A DNA stretch of 64,000 nt from a virus (IMGVR_UViG_3300028048_000075:65606-129605); one strand, 5' to 3'. Counted from the first letter of the stretch, positions 29,775-40,273 are shown. The notes: generated from the letters alone by a model not told the origin. Numbers and translations are program-made.

Positions 29775-31175
29775 ATGGAAAAACAAAAACGTGATTGGAA
29801 AACCATTGAGGATGATATTAGAAATCATCCCGGTGTTTATTCCAAAGCTGATATTACTCGTAAATATCAGTTAAGGAAATTCGAATGTCAAGTACATTTC
29901 AGATATCGTCTTGAGTTCGAAGATCTGTTTCGCAACGGGTACGAAAAGTATGACTGGAAAACTGTCGAAGAAGACATTAGACAGAATCCAGGCGTATATT
30001 CTCGAATGGATATTTGTGAAAAATACAACATTTGTAGAACAGCAGCCATATCCCATTTTAAAAAGAATAAGGAATTCAAACCTTTGCTTTGTGTCAAAAA
30101 TCGTAAAGATCTTAGATATGATTGGCAAAGCATAGAGCAAGATGTTAGAGACAATCCTAACAAATACTCTTTTGCAATTATAACTAAGAAATACGGCATG
30201 ACATTTTCAGCTTGTATAAATCACTTTAAACATTGTCCAGAATTAAAAGAATTGATTTTGGACGATTCGACGTTCCGAAAGTACAATTGGAAAATCATCG
30301 AAGATGACATTAAAAGTTGTCCTCGTGGTGAATATTCGATTACCGACATTTGTAAAAAATACGGAACAACGATTACAGCGTGTTTATCACGTTTCAGGAA
30401 ATCAAAGATGATGTCATATCTTCGACCTGGTAATTGGAAGTACAACTGGATACCTGTTTATGAAGACATCAAACAGAATCCAGGGAAATACACTACAGAC
30501 ATGATTTCCAAAAAGTATAATATTCCTCAAGTTGTTGTACAATCAATGCTAGGTCATCATCCTGAACTGAAAAGTTTAGTGATATCGTTGAAAGCCCATG
30601 TTGATTGGGAAATCATCGAGGAAGATATTAGAAATCATCCAGGTGAATATACTCAAGCTGATATTATTCGAAAGTACGATCTTCACGATTTTTCGGTAGT
30701 CAGTAGGCATTTCAAGAGGCATCCGGAAAGCAAAAAGTTTCTTCGTGATGGTTCTGGACAAGGTAGACCAAAATTGGTGAATGTGCCAGAAACTCGAAGA
30801 AAATTTAGCGTTTCTGAACAAAGGTGCAGAATGATTAAAGAATTTCTTACTTTACATCGAAAAGAATATACTAAAAAAGAAGTTCTGAAAATTCTTAATA
30901 TCACTGATATACCACTTAGAAACTTCTTGAAGTTATTTCCTGAGTATGAAGTATGTTTAAAGGCTTCGGAAGATAATCGTGGACGTGGAAGAAAACTTGA
31001 TTGGAAGCATATCGATGAGAAAATTGTTCCAATCATTGAGAAGCTTACTGTGGATAATATTTGCAAGCATTTTAGTATCTGCAAAAGTTCGGTTAGGGCA
31101 CATTTGAAAGAACTTGGTCTTTTAAATAAGATCGGGACTAATATTCCTAATCCGTTGGATCCACAGTATGACTAA
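29775..31175 (+). CDS. tandem HTH-repeat protein (about 8 repeats of about 53 aa)
   Basis: AAGGAGG RBS; repeats (Y/V)DW..IE.DI..NPG.YS..DI..KY; GRPK and RGRGRK linkers. Confidence 0.8.
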   Translation: MEKQKRDWKTIEDDIRNHPGVYSKADITRKYQLRKFECQVHFRYRLEFEDLFRNGYEKYDWKTVEEDIRQNPGVYSRMDICEKYNICRTAAISHFKKNKEFKPLLCVKNRKDLRYDWQSIEQDVRDNPNKYSFAIITKKYGMTFSACINHFKHCPELKELILDDSTFRKYNWKIIEDDIKSCPRGEYSITDICKKYGTTITACLSRFRKSKMMSYLRPGNWKYNWIPVYEDIKQNPGKYTTDMISKKYNIPQVVVQSMLGHHPELKSLVISLKAHVDWEIIEEDIRNHPGEYTQADIIRKYDLHDFSVVSRHFKRHPESKKFLRDGSGQGRPKLVNVPETRRKFSVSEQRCRMIKEFLTLHRKEYTKKEVLKILNITDIPLRNFLKLFPEYEVCLKASEDNRGRGRKLDWKHIDEKIVPIIEKLTVDNICKHFSICKSSVRAHLKELGLLNKIGTNIPNPLDPQYD

Positions 31176-31179
31176 TCTA

Positions 31180-31207
31180 AAGAAGGGCTTCGGCCCTTCT
31201 TTTTTTT
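31180..31207 (+). terminator. rho-independent terminator (UUCG loop)
   Basis: AGAAGGGC-TTCG-GCCCTTCT plus T-run. Confidence 0.85.
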
Positions 31208-31235
31208 GTTAAACTGTATCGTACATATACTGTAT

Positions 31236-31541
31236 ATGATTGTAACACGTACTGAAGATGGTTCATTTAAATATACTTTATCCTCAGAAGAATTAACAAT
31301 GGATCCTAAGAATTTTGCTAAATTTATCGATTTTGCTATTGAGGAATCAAGAAAGAAATATGATTTATGTATGCAGTTATCAGAAAAATTGGCTAACGAT
31401 ATAGAACGTAGATCTAATGAATCTATAGCTGCAATAAATAGAGAAAAACGTTTGTTAGATGAAACTCATAAAGAACTAAAAAATGGGTTAATTAATATTT
31501 TTAAAGAATGTTTGGAGCCACAAGAATACAAGCCAAAATAA
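31236..31541 (+). CDS. small coiled-coil hypothetical protein
   Basis: ORF fills the gap; no clear RBS, so start uncertain. Confidence 0.6.
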   Translation: MIVTRTEDGSFKYTLSSEELTMDPKNFAKFIDFAIEESRKKYDLCMQLSEKLANDIERRSNESIAAINREKRLLDETHKELKNGLINIFKECLEPQEYKPK

Positions 31542-31583
31542 TTTAATTACATATTATAATAGTAGAAATAGGAGGTGTTTCAT

Positions 31584-32882
31584 ATGTCGACTGATGAAAC
31601 CACAACAACAAATGAGAAGCCTGTAGTGGCCAAAAAGGCTTCTAAGAACAAAGTCCGCTTTGTCATTCTTACCAATGGACAGGGTGGAGCCCGTATTGGT
31701 GCACTGCTTGCAGCAAGTCTTCCAAATAACCCCTATATGATCGCAATTAACACAAGCGATCAGGACCTGGAAAGAACTAAGTTGCCTGATGCACAATGCT
31801 TTAAAATCGGTGGTGAAAATGCCGATGGAGCTGGAAAGAACAGAAATCGTGCAAAGACGTATTTCAAGAAGTTCAGTTCCACAACAGCCGATGGAAAGAA
31901 AATGGATGCGATCCAGACAATCATTGGGTACTATGAAGAAGTATTCTTCCACCCAACAGACCAGACGATCATCATTTCCGTTTTCTCATCTGACGGTGGT
32001 ACGGGTTCAGGACTTGGACCAATGCTTACAGCATCTTTGACAAACTACGTAAACTCTGTAAAGAGTTTCCACATTGGTAACAATGAGTTTGTTATTGACG
32101 ATGTAACAAATGAAGTTCCAAGACCAGTTGTAATCGGTTTGACACCACGCTGCTCAGTAGCATCTGGTGCTACGAACCTCCAAAACACCATTGAGTGTTT
32201 CCTTGATATCCAAAGAACGATCGATGCTGGTATTGGTCACTTCTTCATCGCCGACAATAATTTGCCGGAAGGTGTGAAGTATACCAACACGGAAGAGTTC
32301 TACAACATCGTAAACGCAAGAATTGTCGCACCGTTTGTGAAATTCTTTGGCGTTGAGATGAATTCCGACATCAAGTGTATGGACCTTCAGGACAAGATCA
32401 ATACGCTTAGAATGTCTGGTTGTAGCGCATTTACTACAGTTACAAATGTCAACCAGTTCAATTTCGCTGTACCTAAGGGTCAGTCTGTCCTAAGGACAGT
32501 TCAGATGCTTAGACACGATGTTGAAGATCTGACAGCTGAGGAAAATGCCGCAAAAGCACTCGTAAAGAAATTGGATATCATGAGTGTTGATACTACTTCG
32601 GTATTCTTTAATGTTGCTGATTCCGGTATCACAACAGATAAGGTAGCACAGGACCTTATCAGTGCATCCATGATTGGCTTCTTTGGTTTCAAGTCACTCA
32701 ATGCGATTGTTGAAGATTTGAGAGACAATCTCCATCGCACTCAGGTGGCTAATGACAAGAAGTACAATGTCGTTCAGGAACATTCTACAGGTTTCACATC
32801 AGTTAAGTCTGATGCTGAAGAACTTGCAGACAAATTTGGTTCCAAGACAATGGATCAGTCAAGTCTGTTAGACTTGTTCTAA
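31584..32882 (+). CDS. tubulin/FtsZ-family GTPase (PhuZ/TubZ-like)
   Basis: GQGGARIG, AINTSDQDL, DGAGKNR, signature GGTGSG, ADNN, MDLQD (T7-like); AGGAGG RBS; early-type promoter near 31547. Confidence 0.9.
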   Translation: MSTDETTTTNEKPVVAKKASKNKVRFVILTNGQGGARIGALLAASLPNNPYMIAINTSDQDLERTKLPDAQCFKIGGENADGAGKNRNRAKTYFKKFSSTTADGKKMDAIQTIIGYYEEVFFHPTDQTIIISVFSSDGGTGSGLGPMLTASLTNYVNSVKSFHIGNNEFVIDDVTNEVPRPVVIGLTPRCSVASGATNLQNTIECFLDIQRTIDAGIGHFFIADNNLPEGVKYTNTEEFYNIVNARIVAPFVKFFGVEMNSDIKCMDLQDKINTLRMSGCSAFTTVTNVNQFNFAVPKGQSVLRTVQMLRHDVEDLTAEENAAKALVKKLDIMSVDTTSVFFNVADSGITTDKVAQDLISASMIGFFGFKSLNAIVEDLRDNLHRTQVANDKKYNVVQEHSTGFTSVKSDAEELADKFGSKTMDQSSLLDLF

Positions 32883-32904
32883 TAAGACTATGTAGCCTTG
32901 TGTA

Positions 32905-32939
32905 AAAGGGCCCCGGAGTTTCCGGGGTTCTTTTTTTTT
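32905..32939 (+). terminator. rho-independent terminator
   Basis: GGCCCCGGA/TCCGGGGTT stem plus T-run. Confidence 0.8.
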
Positions 32940-32956
32940 ATTAAAAAGCGCCCGAA

Positions 32957-32970
32957 AACATTTAAATATA
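32957..32970 (+). promoter_or_regulatory. late-type promoter AACA-N6-TATA
   Basis: AACATTTAAATATA. Confidence 0.65.
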
Positions 32971-33002
32971 TTGGATATTCTCTTTATAATGGAGTATAAA
33001 TT

Positions 33003-35411
33003 ATGCAGAACGCGAATGTTACTATTTCCGAAGCAAGTGTTGAAGAACACGTGCTTGAAGGACTTTTTGTTATAAAAGGTTCAAAAGACTATCCAAGTGG
33101 TCAGTCTATTTCTGAACCATATGGATATGATAAGGATATTGAAACTCCTATTTTTAAATCATCTCTTAGAGATGTTTATGTTAGTGTACCTGACATTATT
33201 GAAGTAAGTAATGGATATTCTGGATATGAAGATTCTGAGAATAATATAGGAATTAATCCTAATGTTACACTTGATTCTCCAAGTCCACGTATGGATAGAA
33301 CAGATGACTTTGTTTCTACATTGCTCATCAAGAATGGATCTTCTGATGAAGCTTATAAGTATATCTATCCTAACTTTGAATTTGATCCTGATGCTGATGA
33401 TAATAGGTATGGATCTTTCCTTACAAATGCTACAACTAATCCTGGTGTAGTACTTGGTACAGAAGGTGCACAGTATAACGTCCGTACATGTGTATTCTGG
33501 CAGAAAATGTTCTCTATGATTGAATATATCAAGAAATGTGAGAAACAGATTTGTCAGTTGCATCTTGAAGGTCAGGAATATCCTGATACTTGGAATACAA
33601 AATACGTTAATACTAATTATTATGCCGATGGTGAGTTGACAAAGAATTACGTAAAGACTTTGAATCCTCTTGCCCAGATGTTGGCTATTTACAATCCACA
33701 TTCAACATCAGCTAACGATGATGCTATAGTACTTGCAGGTGAAGATAAAATAAATGGTGGTCTAATTAAGTATGACGTACCAAGAATGGAATTCATTGAT
33801 GGTACAGTAAATGAAACTTATACAATGAATCCTGCCACATTTGCTTCAGTATGCAAGAAAAATATTATTCTTGATCAGCTTGCTAACTTCTATACAACAG
33901 ATACCGGAAATACTGGAGAAGTCTTCGTATTTAATGGTATCGACCTCAAGTTTGAAGGATTCTCATCGATCGTTTGTACATATTCTTCTAACAAAGAAAG
34001 AATTACCAAAGTTTCTTTCCAGGTTTCATTTAGGGATATTGCTATTGGTGATGATGTTGCTACACATAGACAGAAGTGGTCATTCGTTATTTACTTTGAT
34101 CCTGATGCTTTTGTTAACTCCGTAACAGCAAGTTCATCAGAAAAGTTCCCAGTATGGACTTACAACGATAAAGATATCGATAATAGTCTTCGTGGTATTG
34201 ATCATCAGTACGATACAGCTAATCCAAAGTTCAATGTCTACGATAACGACTATTCAAACATGCTTGTTCCTGAAACTGACGATGATGGAAATCCGACTAT
34301 TCATGGTAAATTCGTTGCTAGTCAATCTGAAATTACTACTCAGATGGTTGGTGCAGTTGCTGAAAAGATTAAGAATGGTGGTTTCGATAAATTCGTAGAA
34401 CTTCCTGTTCGTCGTATTTCTCCATACATCGATGTATCCGGAGCTATCCCAACAGTTGCTTGGGCAACAGCTAAACCTGCTACACAAATCTTCTACATTT
34501 TCTATAAAAATGTGCCTCCTACAGAAGCAGAGCAGATAGAAGCTGTAAGAAGTTATCTTAATAAACTTCATAGCGATAGCACACATTGTACAGGTCAACA
34601 TTATATCAATGATGATGAATCCCAGGGTGTAGAATTTATTGGACATGATGCAGAATCTGAAGAAGACAGAATTCAGTTCTTGTCTAAGATGTATCCTGAT
34701 ATTTTCTCTCTTACTACAATCCACATCATTCCTGCAAAGTATGATCATTGTAGAGGAGATATTTCTTCTGCTGACATTTATGCTGATCCAAATAACTATT
34801 TCTCAACAACAACTCCTGAAAGATTGGTTGAATCCGTTGTAAATGGTTCTTCAAATACAGGAAACTTCACTTTGTCTGAAAATGGTTATGTTTCTGCATC
34901 TACTGGTCTTAATACAGCATATCCTGTAGAAATCTTTAAGATCGGTGCTATAAATGGTGATAATAACCAGGAAACTTCATTTAAGTATGATTTCCCATGG
35001 TACGCTGTTAATAAAGCAACAAATACTCCAAACTGTTTGACTTCTATTACTGGTATGGCAGAATACAAACAGAAGAACTTCCAGAATCATGAACCAACAA
35101 GTAATGCTGATAAATTCCAGTTTATCATGCTTGTTCTTGCAGGTTTGATGTTTGAGGAATCTACTGGTACATTCACAGCACATAGTAAAACAAAGAAGGC
35201 ATATAGTAGCATCTTGGGTATTTCAATTTCTTATGATTTTGATACTAAGATCGATCCTAACCTTCTTGAGAGTGGAGATGTTGGTGGACATCACTATAAC
35301 GTCGCTTCATTCACTATGAATGCTGTTAACTACATTGTATATGCTCAGCGTGGTAAGACATTCGGTTATTCTGGTGCAGGATTCAGAAATTATCAGCTGA
35401 TTGGTAGCTAA
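33003..35411 (+). CDS. putative virion structural protein, 802 aa
   Basis: GGAG RBS; late-type promoter; function inferred from context. Confidence 0.55.
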   Translation: MQNANVTISEASVEEHVLEGLFVIKGSKDYPSGQSISEPYGYDKDIETPIFKSSLRDVYVSVPDIIEVSNGYSGYEDSENNIGINPNVTLDSPSPRMDRTDDFVSTLLIKNGSSDEAYKYIYPNFEFDPDADDNRYGSFLTNATTNPGVVLGTEGAQYNVRTCVFWQKMFSMIEYIKKCEKQICQLHLEGQEYPDTWNTKYVNTNYYADGELTKNYVKTLNPLAQMLAIYNPHSTSANDDAIVLAGEDKINGGLIKYDVPRMEFIDGTVNETYTMNPATFASVCKKNIILDQLANFYTTDTGNTGEVFVFNGIDLKFEGFSSIVCTYSSNKERITKVSFQVSFRDIAIGDDVATHRQKWSFVIYFDPDAFVNSVTASSSEKFPVWTYNDKDIDNSLRGIDHQYDTANPKFNVYDNDYSNMLVPETDDDGNPTIHGKFVASQSEITTQMVGAVAEKIKNGGFDKFVELPVRRISPYIDVSGAIPTVAWATAKPATQIFYIFYKNVPPTEAEQIEAVRSYLNKLHSDSTHCTGQHYINDDESQGVEFIGHDAESEEDRIQFLSKMYPDIFSLTTIHIIPAKYDHCRGDISSADIYADPNNYFSTTTPERLVESVVNGSSNTGNFTLSENGYVSASTGLNTAYPVEIFKIGAINGDNNQETSFKYDFPWYAVNKATNTPNCLTSITGMAEYKQKNFQNHEPTSNADKFQFIMLVLAGLMFEESTGTFTAHSKTKKAYSSILGISISYDFDTKIDPNLLESGDVGGHHYNVASFTMNAVNYIVYAQRGKTFGYSGAGFRNYQLIGS

Positions 35412-35425
35412 TTGGGAGTTAAATA

Positions 35426-36160
35426 ATGATTACATCCATAGAATTTTCTAAACCGTATGCATTACGTTTGTCGGATATCTATGGAGGAACTAAGTATAAT
35501 TGTATCGTTATCGGTGTGACAAACATCGATAACGTTTCTCAAAACGCTGAGAAATACAATATATACGAAACATTCTTTGTTCCCATAGGATTAGGGCTTA
35601 CGTCTTATTACACAGCAGTGACAGCAAATACAAAGATTTATATATGTAAAGTAATTGGATCTTTGGAGCCATTTACGGTTACAGATGAAAAGGTATTTAT
35701 ACCAGAAACATTGATAAATCTCGAAACCAGTTCTGAATATGTGGAATGTACGAATTATAATTTCGAAATGTATCCAATTATCAGAAAGTTCAATTCTGAA
35801 TCAGAAAAGAACGATTATGAGAAAGAAATTCTTGAAAAGATTAAAGATAGATTGCATGGTCTTATAGATTTTGCTAATCTTGATAGTGAAGTTAGTCTAT
35901 CTTCTTCACAAATCTTTTTGGAAAAAGAAGATATTGTTGCAATCGAAAATAAACGTACAGAAGCATTTAAAGAATACACAGCTAGAAAATCTACAGCTAT
36001 ATTCACTCAACAGCAGAAAGAAAGTCAATACAACTCATTGTATAGTCAATTGGCTAAAGAGAAAGCTAGATATGCTACTCTTAATAAACAACTTGATGCC
36101 GCTAGAGCTAAAATGGAAGATGCTGCAGAAAGATACGAAGCTGCAATACGTGCATTGTAG
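35426..36160 (+). CDS. putative virion protein with C-terminal coiled coil
   Basis: GGGAG RBS; co-operonic with the upstream gene. Confidence 0.55.
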   Translation: MITSIEFSKPYALRLSDIYGGTKYNCIVIGVTNIDNVSQNAEKYNIYETFFVPIGLGLTSYYTAVTANTKIYICKVIGSLEPFTVTDEKVFIPETLINLETSSEYVECTNYNFEMYPIIRKFNSESEKNDYEKEILEKIKDRLHGLIDFANLDSEVSLSSSQIFLEKEDIVAIENKRTEAFKEYTARKSTAIFTQQQKESQYNSLYSQLAKEKARYATLNKQLDAARAKMEDAAERYEAAIRAL

Positions 36161-36168
36161 TTATTATA

Positions 36169-36196
36169 GAATAGTGGGATTTTCCCACTATTCTTT
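36169..36196 (+). terminator. hairpin AATAGTGGGA-tt-TTCCCACTATT, near-identical copy at 43450
   Basis: Inverted repeat right after the stop codon. Confidence 0.7.
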
Positions 36197-36258
36197 ATAT
36201 ATTTTTAATGATTTCTGTACATTTATGTATAATTTCCTATATAAAAGGAGTTTGTCTT

Positions 36259-38040
36259 ATGGATGAAGAAGTAAAAACTGAAATTCCTGTAGAAGAGACA
36301 ACTGTAGAACAGAAAGAAGTTGTTGAAGAAAAGGCAGCAACTGTCATGAAAGTTCCTGTTGATGAGAATAAGGAAGAAGAATCCGCTGAAGATCTTGCTA
36401 GCTATAAACTAAAAGATGTTGTTAACAGCGATGATGAAAAAGTAAAAAGCATTATCGATAAACAGAAAGAATATCTTTTGAATAAGGCTAAAGAAAGTGA
36501 TCTTGATTGGTCAACTGTTGAACTCGAAGAAGATGGATTGACTCCAAAGATTACAGAAGAAGATAAAGCGATTTATGCCGCAGCAACAGATGATGTTTTC
36601 GATGCAGATACATTGAATGTATTTATCTCTACAGCTAAGCAGAACATTGATTCTTATCTCGAAATGAAGTCAACTATCGATGCTGGTCTTGCTGATGAAG
36701 ACGATCTTGAATACTTTGAAGCATTGTCTAAAATGTCCGAAGATGCAAAAATCGTTTTGGCAATGATCCAGAAAGGTGCAAGAGATCTCATAAAAGACCT
36801 TAACGATAATAAAGTTACCGAAAGCGTTATCAAAGGAGCAACTCTTAAGACAATTCGTGACTTTATCGTCAGTAAGTATAAGCTTACTGGAGCACCAGAT
36901 CGTTTTGATATGAAAGAGATGTCAAAGTATGACAGAACAAGTGATATTGAATCTCGAATTCTCAAAAATCTCTTCCCATCTACAATGATTTACGAATCAA
37001 TACATAGAGATCGTGTATTCTTTACTAAAGAACCACGCAATTATTCTATATTCTCTAGAAATTACTTTGAAAATCATTCACAGTATTTCATTTATGGTTT
37101 GCAAACATATCTTAATGCGGTTTCCAAAGATAATCCTAATAATATCGATATGACTAAGATCATTTATCGTGATTTTAGGGTTCTCGATTTTGTAAATCCT
37201 TTGGTTACATACGGATTGGCTAAACTGAATCATCCTATCGGTGTTTCTATGAAATTTGAACAGAGTTCATTGGATTCTATGGAAAAAGTTCTCAATCCTT
37301 CTGGAATCTATGATACTGAAGTGAAGAAAGTCGTAGAAAAGGTCGATGAAGTAATCGCATCTTTCTCTGATCCAGATATCATTGAATGGAATGTAAATAA
37401 CGCTTTCGATATTGTTATTGCTGACAAAACTTGGTCAACATTCTCAGAAGAAGATAAAGCAAATGTTGACGATTATCAGAAGTTTATTTCTGCTTTGACA
37501 GGAAAATTCCCTGAAGTCGATGGTCTTCGCATTATTCCTTGGGGCAAGATTTATAGCTTCATGGAAAAATATCAGAACTATGCAGATTTCTTAAGCATTA
37601 AGAAGATTATCGAAGATTCTGAAATTCCTGTAGATCAGAAACGTGCTAAGATATTCGTTACTATTATGAATATCGCAAAACGCTTCTTTATTTGGAAGTA
37701 CGCTGATATTATCGATGATCTTTACATTGCAATTAAGGAAGCTGTACCAAAATCTACTAGGGATTTTATGTTCGGAGCAGTTGTAAACAACATCGCATTG
37801 CAGCATAATTTGGCATTCAAATCCGAATTTGATCCTGCGGTAAATGTCGCTGGTGAACAGCTTTACGAATTAGCAAAGAAGACATTCGGAAACGTCGATT
37901 ATCAAATTATGGTTGGTGACGAAAAGAACGATATTCTTCTTAAGAATGTAAATCTCGTAGATGCTAGACGCGTTTATTGGAATCTTACTGTGGATATTTT
38001 GGATTATATCAATGATTCATTAAAGATCTGTAAGATTTAA
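36259..38040 (+). CDS. hypothetical protein with acidic N-terminus
   Basis: AAGGAG RBS before ATG 36259; TACA-N6-TATA at 36218. Confidence 0.8.
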   Translation: MDEEVKTEIPVEETTVEQKEVVEEKAATVMKVPVDENKEEESAEDLASYKLKDVVNSDDEKVKSIIDKQKEYLLNKAKESDLDWSTVELEEDGLTPKITEEDKAIYAAATDDVFDADTLNVFISTAKQNIDSYLEMKSTIDAGLADEDDLEYFEALSKMSEDAKIVLAMIQKGARDLIKDLNDNKVTESVIKGATLKTIRDFIVSKYKLTGAPDRFDMKEMSKYDRTSDIESRILKNLFPSTMIYESIHRDRVFFTKEPRNYSIFSRNYFENHSQYFIYGLQTYLNAVSKDNPNNIDMTKIIYRDFRVLDFVNPLVTYGLAKLNHPIGVSMKFEQSSLDSMEKVLNPSGIYDTEVKKVVEKVDEVIASFSDPDIIEWNVNNAFDIVIADKTWSTFSEEDKANVDDYQKFISALTGKFPEVDGLRIIPWGKIYSFMEKYQNYADFLSIKKIIEDSEIPVDQKRAKIFVTIMNIAKRFFIWKYADIIDDLYIAIKEAVPKSTRDFMFGAVVNNIALQHNLAFKSEFDPAVNVAGEQLYELAKKTFGNVDYQIMVGDEKNDILLKNVNLVDARRVYWNLTVDILDYINDSLKICKI

Positions 38041-38117
38041 TTTTTTTAATAATTATATATTATATGATTGAGAGAATGTTAATGTCTCTCAATCACAAAC
38101 AACAGGAGGCCAGTATA

Positions 38118-39458
38118 ATGGCAAGTATTACAACTAATAGTTTGAGTGGTGGAGCTGTAAAGAAGGGTGCAGCTGGTGGGAAGAAAAGCAAGGTTATGCC
38201 TTTTCACACGAATGAAGCGAAGGAATTCATGGCAGACAAGCATGAATTCTTGGGTTTCACTTTCTTCAAGAAAGTAGAAATCAATGTTTTCATTCCGAAC
38301 GAGTGTTCTGAAGAGGCATTGGGTGTCGTTCATTCCACCATCATGAATGGAATCGACGGTATTTTCAATACTATGAAGGTTCCTGACATGATTGCATTCG
38401 AACTCAATCCTGATGAGTTCAAACTCGGCAAGGTAAACGCCGTGTTTACAGCGAATATTCCATTCTCTGGAAAGATGGATATCGTTATCCAGACAATCAA
38501 GAGAGTGGTAAACAATACCATAAAGCCTGGACTAGAATCCATGAACTTCGATCTCAGTTTGAGAATCAAAGACATGGTAAGAATTGGGGTAAACGCAGGT
38601 CTTGAACACCAGGCAAACTCCAAAATCTTCCTTAAGGGATTCACAGCAATCAGTCATGAGGATCCAAGAATCAATAGGGAAACTGGCGAACAGGTCGGAA
38701 ACCCTAAGGATTACATCAAGACCGGAATCTATGTTGCCGATTGGGCAGGTTGGAAATTGAGAGACGTTATTACGTTCAATCGTTTTAGCCTTAACATGGC
38801 AAAGATCATGGTTTCCAAAGCTGATGACACCGTTGAGCAGAGCTCATACGAGTATTGGATTCCTTACAAGAAGAACTTGAAGATTATTACATACCAGTTT
38901 GAATCTGGTGATGCTAAGAATCCAAAGTTCCTTGTACACACAACTACGCTGTCCATTAACGTGGTAAAGAATTCAATCATGAATGGGCAGAAGAAGATTC
39001 TTGCAGGAATTTCTTGTAATAGGAAGTTCTTCAACGGCTACGTAAGCGGTATCGAAGAAGCTATTACAAATCGTGACGGTGTAAACATTCTCACAATCGG
39101 TTCCGGTGCAGACGAAAAAGGTCGTGATATGGACACATACATGGCTGATGTCAACACTATCGATTCAGTATTGTTTGCCGGTATCACAAAGGTTCCTGAT
39201 GAAGAAGATGAAACTGTTGTAAAGGAAGAAGAAAAAGAACCAGCATTTAACGATGTTGGAACTTTGGCTGATGTCGTCTCCGATGAAGTAGCTGAAGATG
39301 AAGACACCGATGTTTCTGAAGAAGAAACTGAAGATGTTGACGTCGATGTCTGCGAAGATGAAGAAACGGACGAAGATCTTGATCCAGATCCTAACGAAAG
39401 TGAAGTTTCTGGAGATGAAACAGAAGATGTTGAACCATCAGTAACTGTTGAGCCATAA
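38118..39458 (+). CDS. early protein with long acidic C-terminal tail
   Basis: AGGAGG RBS; early-type promoter at 38053; D/E-rich last about 90 aa. Confidence 0.8.
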   Translation: MASITTNSLSGGAVKKGAAGGKKSKVMPFHTNEAKEFMADKHEFLGFTFFKKVEINVFIPNECSEEALGVVHSTIMNGIDGIFNTMKVPDMIAFELNPDEFKLGKVNAVFTANIPFSGKMDIVIQTIKRVVNNTIKPGLESMNFDLSLRIKDMVRIGVNAGLEHQANSKIFLKGFTAISHEDPRINRETGEQVGNPKDYIKTGIYVADWAGWKLRDVITFNRFSLNMAKIMVSKADDTVEQSSYEYWIPYKKNLKIITYQFESGDAKNPKFLVHTTTLSINVVKNSIMNGQKKILAGISCNRKFFNGYVSGIEEAITNRDGVNILTIGSGADEKGRDMDTYMADVNTIDSVLFAGITKVPDEEDETVVKEEEKEPAFNDVGTLADVVSDEVAEDEDTDVSEEETEDVDVDVCEDEETDEDLDPDPNESEVSGDETEDVEPSVTVEP

Positions 39459-39547
39459 ATCGTTCAGGCTTAAGTTGTAATTGGAATGCAGGGGAGAATC
39501 CATGATTCTCCCTTGTGTTTATTTATTATGTTTTGTGGAGGATGTAA

Positions 39548-40183
39548 TTGAATAGCGAAACTAAGGAAACTCTCGCTGGAATCGGAATCTGTGGACTGGT
39601 AATTGCGACATTTGGAGCAATAATTGTTGGTACCAGTACTGCTGAAAAGAAAAGAAATGCTGAGCGAAGAACTCGGTACAATGAGCATAACGATGCCATT
39701 GATGCCGAGATTTCAAGCATTGGTAATTTCTCCGTGAACGATCTTATCAACAGAATTGTAAGAAGTTCTTGGATTGATTCCGGTGTAAAGCGTTCAGCAG
39801 TCAATTCTATCAAGTCTGGTAGAAACAAGATCGATTCCGAAGCTGCTAAGCAGATTTACTCCATTGTCAACAATAACTTTATCGACGACTACGATAAGAG
39901 TGAAATTGTTTGGGGAATCTGCGATGGTCACGTAAAGACCAAAGAAGAACTCGAATTGGAAACACAGGAGAACTGTGCTAGATACGAGTATCTTAAGCAC
40001 AAGGAAAGTGAAGAAACTAAACGTCAAAAGGATCGCTGGAAGTATCGTGAATATGAGAAGGATCGTGAGAATTCTTTGAAGAAAACACGTATTATAGCTG
40101 ATGCTACACGTGAGGTTTTAACAAATGTAAATATCAACAAGCTCGGTGAAAAGTCCGAAGAAAAGGATAAGAAAAAGAAGTAA
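39548..40183 (+). CDS. N-terminally anchored hypothetical protein
   Basis: GGAGG RBS with TTG start; LAGIGICGLVIATFGAIIVG TM. Confidence 0.75.
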   Translation: MNSETKETLAGIGICGLVIATFGAIIVGTSTAEKKRNAERRTRYNEHNDAIDAEISSIGNFSVNDLINRIVRSSWIDSGVKRSAVNSIKSGRNKIDSEAAKQIYSIVNNNFIDDYDKSEIVWGICDGHVKTKEELELETQENCARYEYLKHKESEETKRQKDRWKYREYEKDRENSLKKTRIIADATREVLTNVNINKLGEKSEEKDKKKK

Positions 40184-40203
40184 TTGTTGATTTAACCTAA
40201 TAA

Positions 40204-40232
40204 GAGAGGGTCGTCATGACCCTCTTTTTTTT
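40204..40232 (+). terminator. rho-independent terminator
   Basis: AGAGGGTC/GACCCTCT plus T-run; same stem at 63838. Confidence 0.85.
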
Positions 40233-40235
40233 ATT

Positions 40236-40273
40236 CTGTTTAAACCCCCCCCCCACTTATATATTATAATAAT
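40236..40273 (+). promoter_or_regulatory. early-type promoter with poly-C (C10) spacer
   Basis: CTGTT-taaa-C10-ac-TTATATATTATAATA. Confidence 0.7.

Noticed and set aside
36259-38040. Chimallin (nuclear shell protein) because of its size of about 600 aa
   Set aside because: No recognisable similarity or typical gene context; size alone is insufficient
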